From Nageia nagi (lineage: Eukaryota > Plantae > Pinophyta): 64,000 nt of DNA. Below are positions 13,440 through 25,600 of this stretch, one piece after another (the first letter of the stretch is position 1; every line of letters begins with the position of its first letter). Made by a program: the position numbers and the translations under genes. The notes beneath the pieces were generated by a model. That model did no database searches. It was not told where the DNA came from and saw only the letters and a program-made list of their open reading frames with translations. The stretch spans positions 1,922,001 to 1,986,000 of the forward strand of contig JBITNC010000001.1 of the NCBI GenBank assembly GCA_050084985.1, in the 5' to 3' direction.

Positions 13440-16400
13440 GCAAATTGTACAACTTGCAAATTTCTCTGATATTTGTTGTGATATCCCTAAACTTAAGGGA
13501 GATAACTATAATGTCTGGAAGGAGAGAGTTCTTCTTCATTTAGGGTGGATGGACATAGACTATGCAGCGAACATCACACTTTATGAGCGATGGGAGCGAT
13601 CTAATTGCCCAGCATGATGTTCATTAAGACTAGAATTTCTACTAGTATTCTGGTTCTATCGATCAGCATGAAAAGGTCTGAGACTTGCTGAAAGCCATTG
13701 ATGAACAATTTGTCACTTCAGACAAGGCACTAGCAAGCACCCTGATCATGAAATTCTCATCCCTAAGGCTCACCAATGTGAAAGGTGTGTGTGAGCACAT
13801 CATGCAAATGAGGGACATTGTGGCTCAATTGAAGAAAATCGAGGTTGAAATGTCAGATTCCTTCCTGGTGCACTACATCCTGAACACCCTTCCGCATCAA
13901 TATGGACCCTTCAAAATCTCATACAACACACATAAGGATAAATGGTCAATTAATGAACTCATGACCATGTGTGTTCAAGAGGAAGGAAGATTGATGATGG
14001 AACAAGGTGAAAGTGCAATGCTAGGCAACGCATGGAAAGGGCAAATTCAAGCCAATCAGAAAGGGAAAGGTAAAATACCTCCCCAAGCTGGTATTAAGAA
14101 AGATTCCAAGTGTTTCTTTTGTAAAAAGAAGGGACACATGAAGAAGGAATGTGCCAAATTTCAGAAATGGCTTGCAGATAAAGGTAATCCAACCTCACTT
14201 GTTTGTTATGAATCTAATATGGTTAATGTCAATATTAACACATGGTGGATTGCTTCTGATCAACAATCCACATTTCAAATTCCTTGTAGGGTTTGCAAAA
14301 CCTAAGGAAGCCATGGGAAGTGAGCGAAGCATCTTATCAGGAAACAAGATGGGCTCGCATGTGGAAGTTGTAGGAACTTGCTATTTAATTTTAAGTAGTG
14401 GCTTTGTTTTAAAGTTAGAAAAGACCTTTTATGTTCCAAGTTTTCTCTAGAAACTTGATTTCAATTTCAAGACTTGTACCTTTTGAATATTCCTTTAATT
14501 TTTTAGATTCATCATTCAGTTTATTTTATAAATCTGATTGTGTTGGGAATGGTACTTTGTCTGATGGTCTTTATTGCATTAATTTAAAAACAATGCCACT
14601 TATAATTCAATGCATGTTCACACTGGCATTAAAATATGTGTTATTAATGAGGATTCCTCTAAATTATGGCACCGAAGATTAGGTCATATCTCCATAGATA
14701 GAATTAAAGGATTAGTAAATGAAGGAGTACTTAATACTTTGGATTTTACTGATTTTGAGACTTGTGTGGACTACATAAAGGGAAAGCAGACCAACAAGTC
14801 AAAGAAAGGTGCCAATAGGAGTTCAAACATATTAGAGATCATACATACTGATATATGTAGTCCAAACATGGACTCACATGGTCAGAAATATTTCATCTCT
14901 TTTATAGATGATTACTCACGATATATGTATCTCTACATGCTTCATAATAAGAATGAAGCATTAGATGCCTTTAAGATCTTTAAGGCTGAAGTAGAGAAAC
15001 AATGCGATAAGCAAATTAAGATCATGAGATCAATAGAGGTGGAGAATATTATGGTAGATACATAGAGGATGGACAAGCACCTGGGCCATATGCCAAGTTT
15101 CTTCAAGAGCATGGGATTGTTGCCCAATACACCATGCCTAGTTCACCTGACCAGAATGGTGTAGCAGAAAGAAGAAACCGAACATTGTTGGACATGGTGC
15201 GGAGTATGCTTAGCAACTCTAATCTTCCTAAATCCTTGTGGGCTGAAGAACTTAAGAGATAGTGTATATATTAAACCGAGTTCCAACCAAAGTTGTTCCT
15301 AAAATGCCATTTGAATTATGGAAAGGTTGGAAATCGAGTTTGCGATATATGCACAGTTTGGGGATGCCCTTCTGAAGTGAGAATTTATAATCCATAAGAG
15401 AAGAAGCTAGACCCAAGGACCATTAGTGGGTATTTCATTGGATATGCTGAAAGATCTAAAGGTTACAGGTTTTATTGTCCATCTCATAGCACTAGGATTA
15501 TGGAATCAAGAAATGCAAAGTTTCTTGAAAATGACTTGATCAGTGGGAGCGATCAAACCTAGAACATAGTTTCTGAGAATGATCATTCAGAATCTCAACC
15601 TTCCACCTCAAGTGATAGATTGGTTATTATTTACAGCACCCCTCAAGTATAAACTGGTGTTGAACAACCAATCTTTGAAGTTCCACAAGCTGCTGACAAC
15701 ATTCAGTAGATCAGGTAGTTCAAGAGTTGCCAACAACTTTTGAACAACGAGTTGAACCACATACTTCTCAGGAAGATGATGGTACAACATTAAGAAGATC
15801 TACTAGACCAAGGAGATCAGCAATTCCTATGATTATGTTGTGTATCTACAAGAATCTGACTATAACATTGGAGCTGAAAATGATCCTGAGCTCTTTTCAC
15901 AATCCATGAGTTGCAAAGAATCAGAATTATAGTACAGTGCCATGAAGGAAAGATGAATTCTATGAAGAGTAACGAAGTATGGGATCTTGTTGAGTTGCCT
16001 AATGGTGTAAAATCCATTGGATGTAAATGGGTCTTTAAGACAAAGAAAGACTCATTGGGTAACATTGAGAGATACAAGGCAAGACTTGTTGCTAAGGGAT
16101 TCACTCAGAAAGAAGGAATCGATTACACGGAGACTTTCTCCCCTTATCTAAGAAAGATTCCTTGCATGTGATTTTGGCATTAATAGCCCATTTTGACTTA
16201 TAATTGCAACAAATGGATGTGAAAATGGTGTTTCTCAATGGAGATCTAGAGGAGGAGGTTTACATGAAACAACCTGAAGGATTCCTCTCTAGTGATGGTG
16301 AGCAATTGGTTTGCAAGCTCAAGAAATCCATATACGGTTTAAAACAAGCACCCACCAATGGTATTTAAAATTCCATAATGTAATTTCTTCATTCGAATTT

Positions 16401-17449
16401 GTAGAAAATGTTATGGATCAATGTATATACCAGAAGGTTAGTGGGAGTAAAATTTGTTTTCTTGTTTTATATGTGGATGACATTTTGCTAGCAACCAATG
16501 ATAAGGGTTTGCTGCATGAGGTGAAACAATTCCTCTCTAAAAATTTTGATATGAAGGATATGGGTGATGCATCTTATGTCATTGGCATTAAGATCCATAG
16601 AGACAGATTTCAAGGTATTTTGGGTCTATCTCAGGAAACCTATATTAATAAAATTTTAGAGAGATTTCGGATGAAGGATTGTTCACCAAGTATAGCTCCC
16701 ATTGTGAAGGGTGATAGGTTCAATTTGAACCAATGCCTGAAGAATGACCTTGAAAGGGAACAAATGAAGAACATTCCATATGCTTCTACTGTCGGAAGCC
16801 TAATGTATGCTCAGGTCTATACAAGACCTGACATTGCATTTGCTATGGGAATGTTGGGATGATATCAAGTAATCCAAGTTATAACCACTGGAGAGCTGCA
16901 AAGAAAGTAATGAGGTACCTTTAAGGAACCAAAGACTACATGCTTATGTATAGACGGACAGAAAATTTGGAAGTAATTGGCTACTCAGATTCTGACTTTG
17001 CTTGGCTGTATTGATTCACGCAAATCAACGTCAGGATACATTTTTTTATGGCCGATGGAGCTGTATCATGGAGGAGTGCCAAACAGACTTTGACTACCAC
17101 TTCCACTATGGAAGCCAAGTTCGTCTCTTGTTTTAAGGCTACTTCACATGGTGTATGGCTTAAGAGTTTCATCTTTGGGCTTAAAATTATGGATTCTATC
17201 TCTAGGCCATTGAGAATTTATTGCGACAATTCAGCTGCTATTTTTATGGCTAAGAACAACAAAAGTGGGAGTCGAAGTAAACACATCGACATTAAGTATT
17301 TAGCCATAAGGGAACGTGTTAAAGAAAAGAAAGTGGTCATTGAGCATGTCAACACTGAGCTAATGATCGCTGATCCTTTGACAAAGGGCATGCCACCGTT
17401 GAAATTCAAGGATCATATAGTGAATATGGGACTTGGTTCCATTATGTAA
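13440..17449 (+). pseudogene. Copia gag-pol polyprotein, frameshifted
   Basis: ORF fragments 13685-14305 (gag, CFFCKKKGHMKKEC), 14610-15065 (WHRRLGH, IIHTDIC, FIDDYSR), 15911-16862 (RT: [24 protein letters not shown]) and 17048-17449 (RNase H). Confidence 0.95.
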
Positions 17450-17767
17450 TTTTTCATTGTATGAACAATGTTATTTTAATGAAATTCTTAATTATTTTGA
17501 TGTTTTTCTCGTATTGATGTGCACCTTAATTTAATTTTGAGAAAAATTCATCTGTGTTGGACCAAGAATAAACATAGGGTTTATTCATTAAGAAATTGTT
17601 ACACATAAATTATAATGTTTAAGAAATAAATACATAGTAATACATGGAAGGTAATACTCGTCATTAGAGGACCTATCGCCATGATTCATGTATTTATTAC
17701 TTAAATACAGATTATCAATGGGTTTAAGATGAAATATTAGATTAAAAGTGTGGATCAAGTGGGAGAA

Positions 17768-18163
17768 TGTTGACCGTTTCTCACGAAGTCCGAACGAGTC
17801 TCCAGCTTCCCTTGATTTTAGGAGCACCTGAAGTGGTCCACTTGGTATTCATCACATTCCCGAACGTTGGAACTGCCCCTGATAAACTGAAAATGACGTG
17901 GGACACGTAGCCATCGAAGCTTGATGGAGGCTTCGGCTATAAATACTGTGTTTGGTCCCCAGACTCACTTAACTCAATCCCCTTCAATCTTACACCATCT
18001 AAATAGAGTGGAGTAGAGTTTGGAAGTGCCAAACATCAGAGAGAAACTGCAGCAAAACAGTGAAGAGCATCAATGGCTGGAGGTACTGTTTCTTGGCATC
18101 AAACTTATCGATTCTGTTTATAAAGTGTTTATTCCGCATTATAGAATCATCATTATGCTTTCA
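17768..18163 (+). repeat. Copia 3' LTR
   Basis: TG...CA termini. Follows the PPT and precedes TSD CACTC. Confidence 0.95.
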
Positions 18164-21100
18164 CACTCCAGTCCCAATGGTCCTTGTGTCTACCAGATCT
18201 ATGCTTGGCGTGTAGATTTAGTCCTCACACTACCACATGCTCCTCTTTGGACTGCCTCGTGGTCGTGGTTGTGAGTTTACTACATATCATGGCTTTATAC
18301 GAAGATCTGCACATATCGTTGTGCGTTGAAGAGTTGAGATATAAGTTCTTTTCGTGATCATCATCTCACGGGTCGATCCTCTAACAACACCTCCACTCCA
18401 CGGTGTGATCTCCCTCTCCGTTGACGTCCACTCACTGTGGCTTTATTCTAACAACGTAGCCACATCGCAGTACTCTCCTTCCGCAAAGTTTTGGCTCTCC
18501 TCTCGCGGCTTGACCCGCCCTCGAGATCTTGTCGTCTTTCTTTGCATCTGACATTGGCGGCTTATTTTTTCTCTGAAGTTCTCGTGGCCTTGCTGCTGGC
18601 ATACATAGCCCTTCTCTTACGTGGGATTTCACTTTTCAGCATTGCTCAACATCCGCAAGCACCTCACAACGACTTATCGTTCAGCTGCACGTTGCCCATC
18701 GTTCATAGAATCCACGACACTCCACAATGTACTTCTGTGTGCACCTCCTTGACTGTTGTTCACCATTTGCGGCTACCCATGTCCGCGAACTGCGTTGCTC
18801 TTCTTTTGCACTCAACTCGCGACAGTCTCTCGTCCGCCAAATGCGAGCTCTCCACAGCCACAGTCCCGAGCTCCATCTGCCACATCATCACACACCATTA
18901 GCGTTTTGTTGACATTTTGACTTGCATTGTTGTAAAGTTTGGGAGGAGTCTATTTTATAAAGTGGCATTTTCAAATTTTCTATTGATTGTAAAGTATGGT
19001 GATCAAATGTTTTGGCACTTTGAGAGGTCAAATATTTGTAAATTGGCATTTTTGCTTATATTGTAAAGTTTTGGGGGTCATAAATTCAATTGGCATCCTT
19101 AGTTCGAATTTCTTCTTGAACGTTCATTTTAAGCACTTAAGAAAAATTTTCAATCTCGTCACATGGCAAAGGCATGCTAGGGGCGCTGCCTAAAATTGGT
19201 ACGGACTAAAATTATAAAGTCCCAATTTCCTACTCTGGTTGTTTGTCCTCCATTTTAAACCTTGTTATTAGTCCATCATGTTTGTCATAGGCGAAGACCA
19301 CACTTTTTTTGTGCATGAGAAGATGCTTTGAGCTCGACTATTCTTGTGTTTGTGGTTCTTTTCGTTTTGTGAGACACTTTGGATTCAAGGGGAATTTCTT
19401 TGGTGACTTTCATGGTTTGATGGCTCTTTCATGGGAATCTCCAACATATCCCATTACTCCATTGGTTGATCATGCTTCAAACACCTGAGTGGCTTGTTTG
19501 GCATTCCAGTATATGTGGTGTGTTCTATCTTCTTCTACACTGCTAATAGTGTTTATCATGATATTTTGCCACCTTTTGACTATTCCCAACCGACTCCCCA
19601 TATATATTTCTCACTTCTTTGTGCACTCTTTGAGGCTCTCTCACCTTGTAATGAAGATTCCTCAATGCATGAAGATTCGGTGAATGAGACGAGTGTTGAC
19701 GAAGATATTATGGTGCAAGATATTTCTGATTCTATTTAAGAGACTTTGGAGGACTTTCTTGATGGTGTTGTTTTTCTCTTTATAGAGTCAGACATTGGTG
19801 ATGTTGTTGACCTTCATGAGGAGCTTACCTGTTTATTTTATATATCTCCTCATGTTGGCCCTTTTGAGGATATTCTTGTGGTGAGCCTTCCTTGCTTGGA
19901 TGAGCCACCTTCTCCTAATTCTACTACTGCTTCCTTGGAGCCTTCTCATGCTCCTTTTGTCTTATAGTAGAATTTTTGTGAGACCTATTTCGAGTCTCCT
20001 CCACCTCCATCTTTGGTTGGACTCTCTTTAGGAGATCTTGGAGACTATCTTGAGGTTTCTTTGCCTCCTCTTGCTGCTTTCATAGATGTTTCTTTTATGT
20101 ACCACATTGAGTCTTTTGACTCATCACATAGTGATCCTTTGGTCGTAGTGTCATCACCATCACTATTTGGTTTGTTGGTGAAATCTACTGTTCGACATGG
20201 TTCATAGCTTCCTTCGTCGTCACCAATACCAAATTAGATATGTTCCCTCCTTATACTTTCTTGGATAGGGAAGATTTTCAAAGTATGCCTTCTAACTTCT
20301 TTCTTCCCCATAGGAGACATTCAGTTTGGTGACAAGGCTTCTACATTATTTGGGGACATCACATTGACCCTTTTCAATTCTCCCTTGTTGGCAATTGTAC
20401 TTTGGGAGACATCACTACAGAAATCTTTTTATCACCTTGGTTGAGGTGACGAAAGTTATCCTTAGGGGGTGTTGAAGAGAACACCTTCCTCTTCGCCTTC
20501 CTTCTTCTGTCTTCTTCTCTCTTCTAGAAGATGGATTTTTTCCATGTGGTTTTTCATCATCTACAGGAGAGCTTTCTATTTAGGTTTGTGTGATAACCAA
20601 TTTTGTACATGAATATCTTATCAGGCCTAGTTATCAGGACTCATCTTTTCTTAGCTATTCACACTCCTCCCAGTTTCACTTAAAAGGGGGTTTTAGAGTA
20701 TTATTTGCTTTATTACCTAGTTAGGTATCTAGGTTAGCATTATCTTAGATTCACAAGTAGGAGTGCTTAGTTGTCATACTTATCAGGTTGTTTTAATCCA
20801 ATGGTCAATATTGTTTTGATTGTGTGGCTATTGTACATTTCACTTGCTATTTAAGCAAGTTGTATTGTATGTTTAATTAATCCATCATTTTATTCTTTGC
20901 AAGTAATCTTTAATGCTCTTGTGATATTCTTTTGGCTTTTGCATCTTGGGTGAGGAACCTCATTTTTCCTCTTTCCTTTATGCTACGGTTTTTGTAGCAA
21001 ATTCACTCAAAAAGTAGTAGATTCACACATTACAACTACTATACCAAATTCATTCAGGGAAGACATTTGTAGATTGATATATAGAAAATATAATATAAAC

Positions 21101-21279
21101 AATGGCAATATGTTGTCTAAACTATTTTAAATTTGTAGATTGATATTTGTATAATAGTGGTAGGATGTTGCCTAGACTCTACTAATTTTTAGACAAATTG
21201 GGTTCTTGTATAAAAACCCTTTTAGTTTTTTTTTTTTTTTGTAACCAATTTACCTTTATCGAAAAAACTAAGGAAAAAG

Positions 21280-21760
21280 GCCCTATAAAAGAAAGTTGAC
21301 TATGACAAATAAACAAACAAACAAAGGGGTAAGGAGGTGTGAAGGAAAAGATGCCCCAAACCTTAACCTAAGATTACAATACCGAGAGGATAGATCCTTT
21401 AGGAGTTGTGGAAAGAAGAGAAGCAAAAGTTGTCGATGAGTAGGAGTGCAACCAGAGGCCTTGGGCTATCCGAAGCTTGGAATGTAGCATGGGTTTGGAG
21501 GGCCATCAACTGCATTATCGACAACCATGGGAGACCTCACCAAAGAGGGTTGAGCCATGCTAGGAAGAAATTGGAAGCTACATCTCAAAATGCTTCTAAT
21601 ATCCAAGGTCAAAGGATTGCTAGTATTTATGAAAAACATGCTAATAAGGGATTGTCTACGTTGTCTTAATGACAAACATAAGGAGCTGCCCTGATGTTGG
21701 TTAGAAAAAAAATAAGTGGCACTTTAAGCTAGGTGGCATTGGGGGATTGGATGGTAAAAA
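21280..21760 (-). mobile_element. Degraded L1 3' fragment (RNase H-like region)
   Basis: The minus strand reads NPPMPPSLK..ASGQ, weakly similar to the W.PP...LKLNFDG motif of plant L1 RNase H-like domains. Heavily degraded. Confidence 0.3.
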
Positions 21761-22540
21761 ATGTAAAATCATCTTTAACATCCTTTTAAACCTATTGGTT
21801 TGTAGGAGTTGAACTTGAAACCTTCAATATGAGTGATTTCACCCTTACTTGTCTCTCAACTCCCCTAACAAGAAAGTCGTTGAACTAACTTACCACTATT
21901 TGTGTGAGAGCTAGAAGTATCTTGAACTAACTTGGCACTATTTAAATATGAGAGAAAGTGTTAAACTATGTCAAACTTTCCGTATCAAGCACCCTTCAAT
22001 TGTTTTTGTTTCTCTAATACAAAACAGATTATACAAATATCTTAATAACTATAAATAATAGGAACAACTTTGAAGAGTTCAACAAAATTTCTATTCATTG
22101 ACAAACAACAAACGTAATCATAATGAGACTAGACTAGCAAATTAAACTGGTTATTTGTAAAATGGATTAGGAGTAATGAAATTCTCCTAGGGTTGTCAAT
22201 TTCTTTCCAAAACTGCTCGAAGATTCATTATTTGTATGAATGTACGTGTGTCGAGTACAAAACGAACAAAAAAGTCATAACACTTTTGTCTTATTCACAA
22301 AAAAATTGTTACGATAACACACACAATAACAGGTCGTAATGGCACCCCCTTTCTCATCTTTTGCAATTAAAGAGATCTAATATCGGAGTAATTATCTTCT
22401 CATTGTAAAACAGACTCATCCAAGTTTAATGTCCACATGTAATTCAGGTAATGGCGTCAAAAGCAATTGCTGCTTGAACTACATTAAGAATTCACTCCTA
22501 GCAACTCGTTGAGTTACATTTGAAATCCCATGGTTGAAGC

Positions 22541-22622
22541 CTATAACGCAGTATCTGATACAAAATTATCTGCTTTCATCTGAATCAGGTGATTTTCAAT
22601 ATTCCACAAGATGGGTCTATAT
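22541..22622 (-). CDS. Host gene terminal coding exon
   Basis: Acceptor gcag. Completes the split Leu codon, then YRPILWNIENHLIQMKADNFVSDTAL and TAG at 22541-22543. Confidence 0.88.
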
Positions 22623-25600
22623 CTGCATGAAGAGAAAATGCAATTTGTTAGAATGGCCTCCAATGGAATATGTGTAAATGACGATGATATTAACTTTACC
22701 TTGAAAGACTGTTAGGAACACTACAACAATTCCAAATATTAATCAATCGAAAACAAGTTCAACAGATCCGTTCATGTTGGAAATCGGAACTTAAGTCTCA
22801 TAGTTTATTTAACAATCCATAAATATGCATAGATCAGAACAAAAATTATACAGTCGTGGGAGGCTATTATATGCTTGACGAGTGTGTTTCAGCTCAGCAG
22901 ATAGCTGCATCACTTGTGCTGCCAGTGCTTCTGCTTTTGTCTGCGCCTTTGCAAGTTCTCCCTGTGAACAGTAACCATTTCACTAACACCGTACAGCTCT
23001 ATCCTTGGGGCATATCAAGAGTTTGTAATAAAGCAAATTGGTTTAACCAAGCTTGAGAATAGAAGGAAAATGTGTCAAGGACTTCACATCCAACCTTAAG
23101 TTTCAAGTTCTCTGTTACATATACTCCATGCTCATTAACACCATTCTGTCTATTGTCAGCAATTTCCTTTCTTGATTCAGCATCCTCAATACTTGCAGAT
23201 GGAACAGAAACCATATTTGCCTGTTCTGTTCTCAATCTATCCAGCATAATGCGCAACTCTGCATTCTGCTGCAGACAGTCTTGAACCTGCATTGTAACAC
23301 ACGGTAAAAAGCACACATTTATTAGACGTGCATGACTTCTGACATTATATAGTGAAGCTACAACTCCTACGGGATAGAAAAAAAGGTCATTTCAAATCTG
23401 AGGATAAAAATTTTGGCGCTATTATCATGGCAGCAAAGAATATTGTAATATGATGCAAGAAAACAACATTTCACATAATAGATGTAATAATTATGATTAT
23501 ATATCTTGAATGCCTCGCTACAGAAGTGATCAACGATTCAACAATTAATGAGCATCTTCACTGACAACCTTATCCTCTCTATTACTGTTTTCTGATTAGG
23601 ATCTTCAACTAGATGAAGACAGACTACTAATCGCAAGAGAAGACAACTGTAGAGACATCTTAAGCGGGCAAATGTAGACAAAATATTACAACCAATATAG
23701 TGAGAAATCGCAATTAATTATGCCTTCAACATATACATTAGTGCACCCTATTTTCTAGAGGTGTGTGCGCCTGTGGCCTATTTGATCTTACCTTTTCAAA
23801 CTTATAAAACATTGAAAAATCCCAACTTACATAGTGATAATTTGGCAGGCATCCCTACTTTGATGAATGTAAAATTTGTACACTTTTGCCACTAAATACC
23901 ACCAACACCTAGTCATTTGCCTGTATACGAATCTTACACTCTCGTTACATTATTCTGATTGTGTAGCTAAACCAACTTAAGATTTTGTCCTGACTCCTGA
24001 GCCTAGATTTTCATGCATATATAGGCCACAAGACCTTTAACGGTTGTGAAATCTTGGCAACTGCTATTTTCAAAAGCTGTCATGGTGGTCCTGCTTGTCT
24101 GTAACTCAACAAGCAGCTTAAGCAACAAGAAGGGAGAAGAAGTTCATTCTTTCATGAGGTTAGCAGCTGTTTATGTTGTGTCACCATGCATGTTCTACTA
24201 ATTTATATCTATTCCATAAGTGAAAAATGTTGTATGTCTGCTGTTTCAGAGGGCTGCAAATCTATATTTGCAAACTGTGATGTATTATGTGACTATTCTG
24301 TTTTTATTAACAATCTTCATCTTGGGAGATTGAAGTTGTGAAAATTAATACACACTTTGATGTCCCTATTCTTCTTTTTTACTTGGATAATATTTTCCAC
24401 CCAAGAGGAATGATGAATGGGATAAATAAAGGTTAATATTATCAACCAAATACCATGTATAATTTAGCAGGTTTATACCCATAGCTTCACAAAGACCAGC
24501 ATCTATCCAAACCCTGAGTAACACAGAAGGGGGAGTTTTAGAGATTGTTTACTATGTTTTACTGCAGGGTCATCACAGCTGTTTTTTTAATATTTTCGAT
24601 GTTCTTATATAATTTCTGCTTTGCTTATTGAGAAATAATATTTTCGATGTTCTTAAAGTTTGAAGTTTGAAGTTTGGCACAAGTGTTCATTTGGAACACT
24701 ACACTACCCTATACCATCACCGTTCTATTTCAAGAGTTTGTGTTGCATTTCCAAAAACTCTCTATAGTAGAGAGTTTTTGGAAATGCAACACAAACTCTT
24801 GAAATAGAACGGTGATGGTATAGGGTAGTGTAGTGTTCCAAATGAACACTTGTGCCAAACTTCAAACTTTAAATCCAACTAAGGTTTCTCAAACCCTTAC
24901 CTAGTCTCCTATGTTGAGCCCCTAAGGCTCCTGGACGCTTCTCAACCCCCATGTGGGCCTTCTAGGGCCACCAAGCACTCTCCAGGTCAAACATTAGGCT
25001 TCCAACCCTCCAATGCACCCTCACAACTGACGTCAGCCCTCTCTAGCTGTCGTTTGCTCCCAGAAACTCAGAAATGCATGCAATAGTAGACTACAAGGCT
25101 AGCTGATTCACATACACATAAACAAGCATACAAATCCAACGAATGCACATACGAGACAATTAAGCAATATTCAATGAGATTCCAAAGCCTCCGGATATAT
25201 ATATTATTGTTGATAAGCAATACAAATCATACAATCAGCCAATAGGCAATTGTAGGCTTCCCAAACCAATTCAGACGTGCAATCATAATAATAGATCTAT
25301 AGGACAAATTCGCTCCCTCAACCTCTGTCTCCTCCCCACCGAAGGGGCTCTCCACGAATATTGGATATCTAACTGAATGGAAGGAACAAACCCTCAAATT
25401 CCACTGGATGGGCAAGGTGCTCCACCTATGCTGTAGACAACTAGGATCCCTCAGCCCAGTTTCCCTCTAGACCCTCCGCCTAGGAAAGATTACTCAGCAT
25501 CACCAAGTACGGACAAGTCCTGTGGACAAAGAGTAGCAATAGCAATAATAATAATTTGTATATGTCCAAATGAGCTCCCCTCGAGTATTTATAAGCTCCA

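Larger units (their letters stand above)
12082..18163 (+). mobile_element. Full-length degenerate Ty1/copia LTR retrotransposon (possibly TAR lineage)
   Basis: LTRs 12082-12487 and 17768-18163. Perfect TSD CACTC (12077-12081 and 18164-18168). PBS TGGTATCAGAGC at 12490-12501. PPT AAGTGGGAGAA before the 3' LTR. Domain order is gag, CCHC, PR, IN, RT (LYVDD), RH (SKHIDIKY). Confidence 0.97.
11278..20980 (+). mobile_element. Non-autonomous short-LTR retroelement hosting the nested copia
   Basis: ~290-bp direct repeats 11278-11569 and 20691-20980. Degenerate PBS TATTATCAAAGC at 11570, PPT AAAAGGGGG at 20682-20690. No recognisable RT or IN in the ~3 kb internal region. TSD is degenerate (TGATC/TGCTA). 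Confidence 0.85.

Noticed and set aside
12344-18274. Duplicated small ORF MEVPNIREKLQQ (12344 and 18020)
   Set aside because: It lies within the two copia LTRs, starts at TTG and has no coding support.
22856-23284. Plus-strand ORFs 22856-23056 and 23072-23284
   Set aside because: They are antisense shadows of the minus-strand host exons.
24663-24869. Hairpin as a MITE or foldback transposon
   Set aside because: There is no TSD, and the arms consist of the local LTR end plus its flank. It is an in situ inverted duplication.
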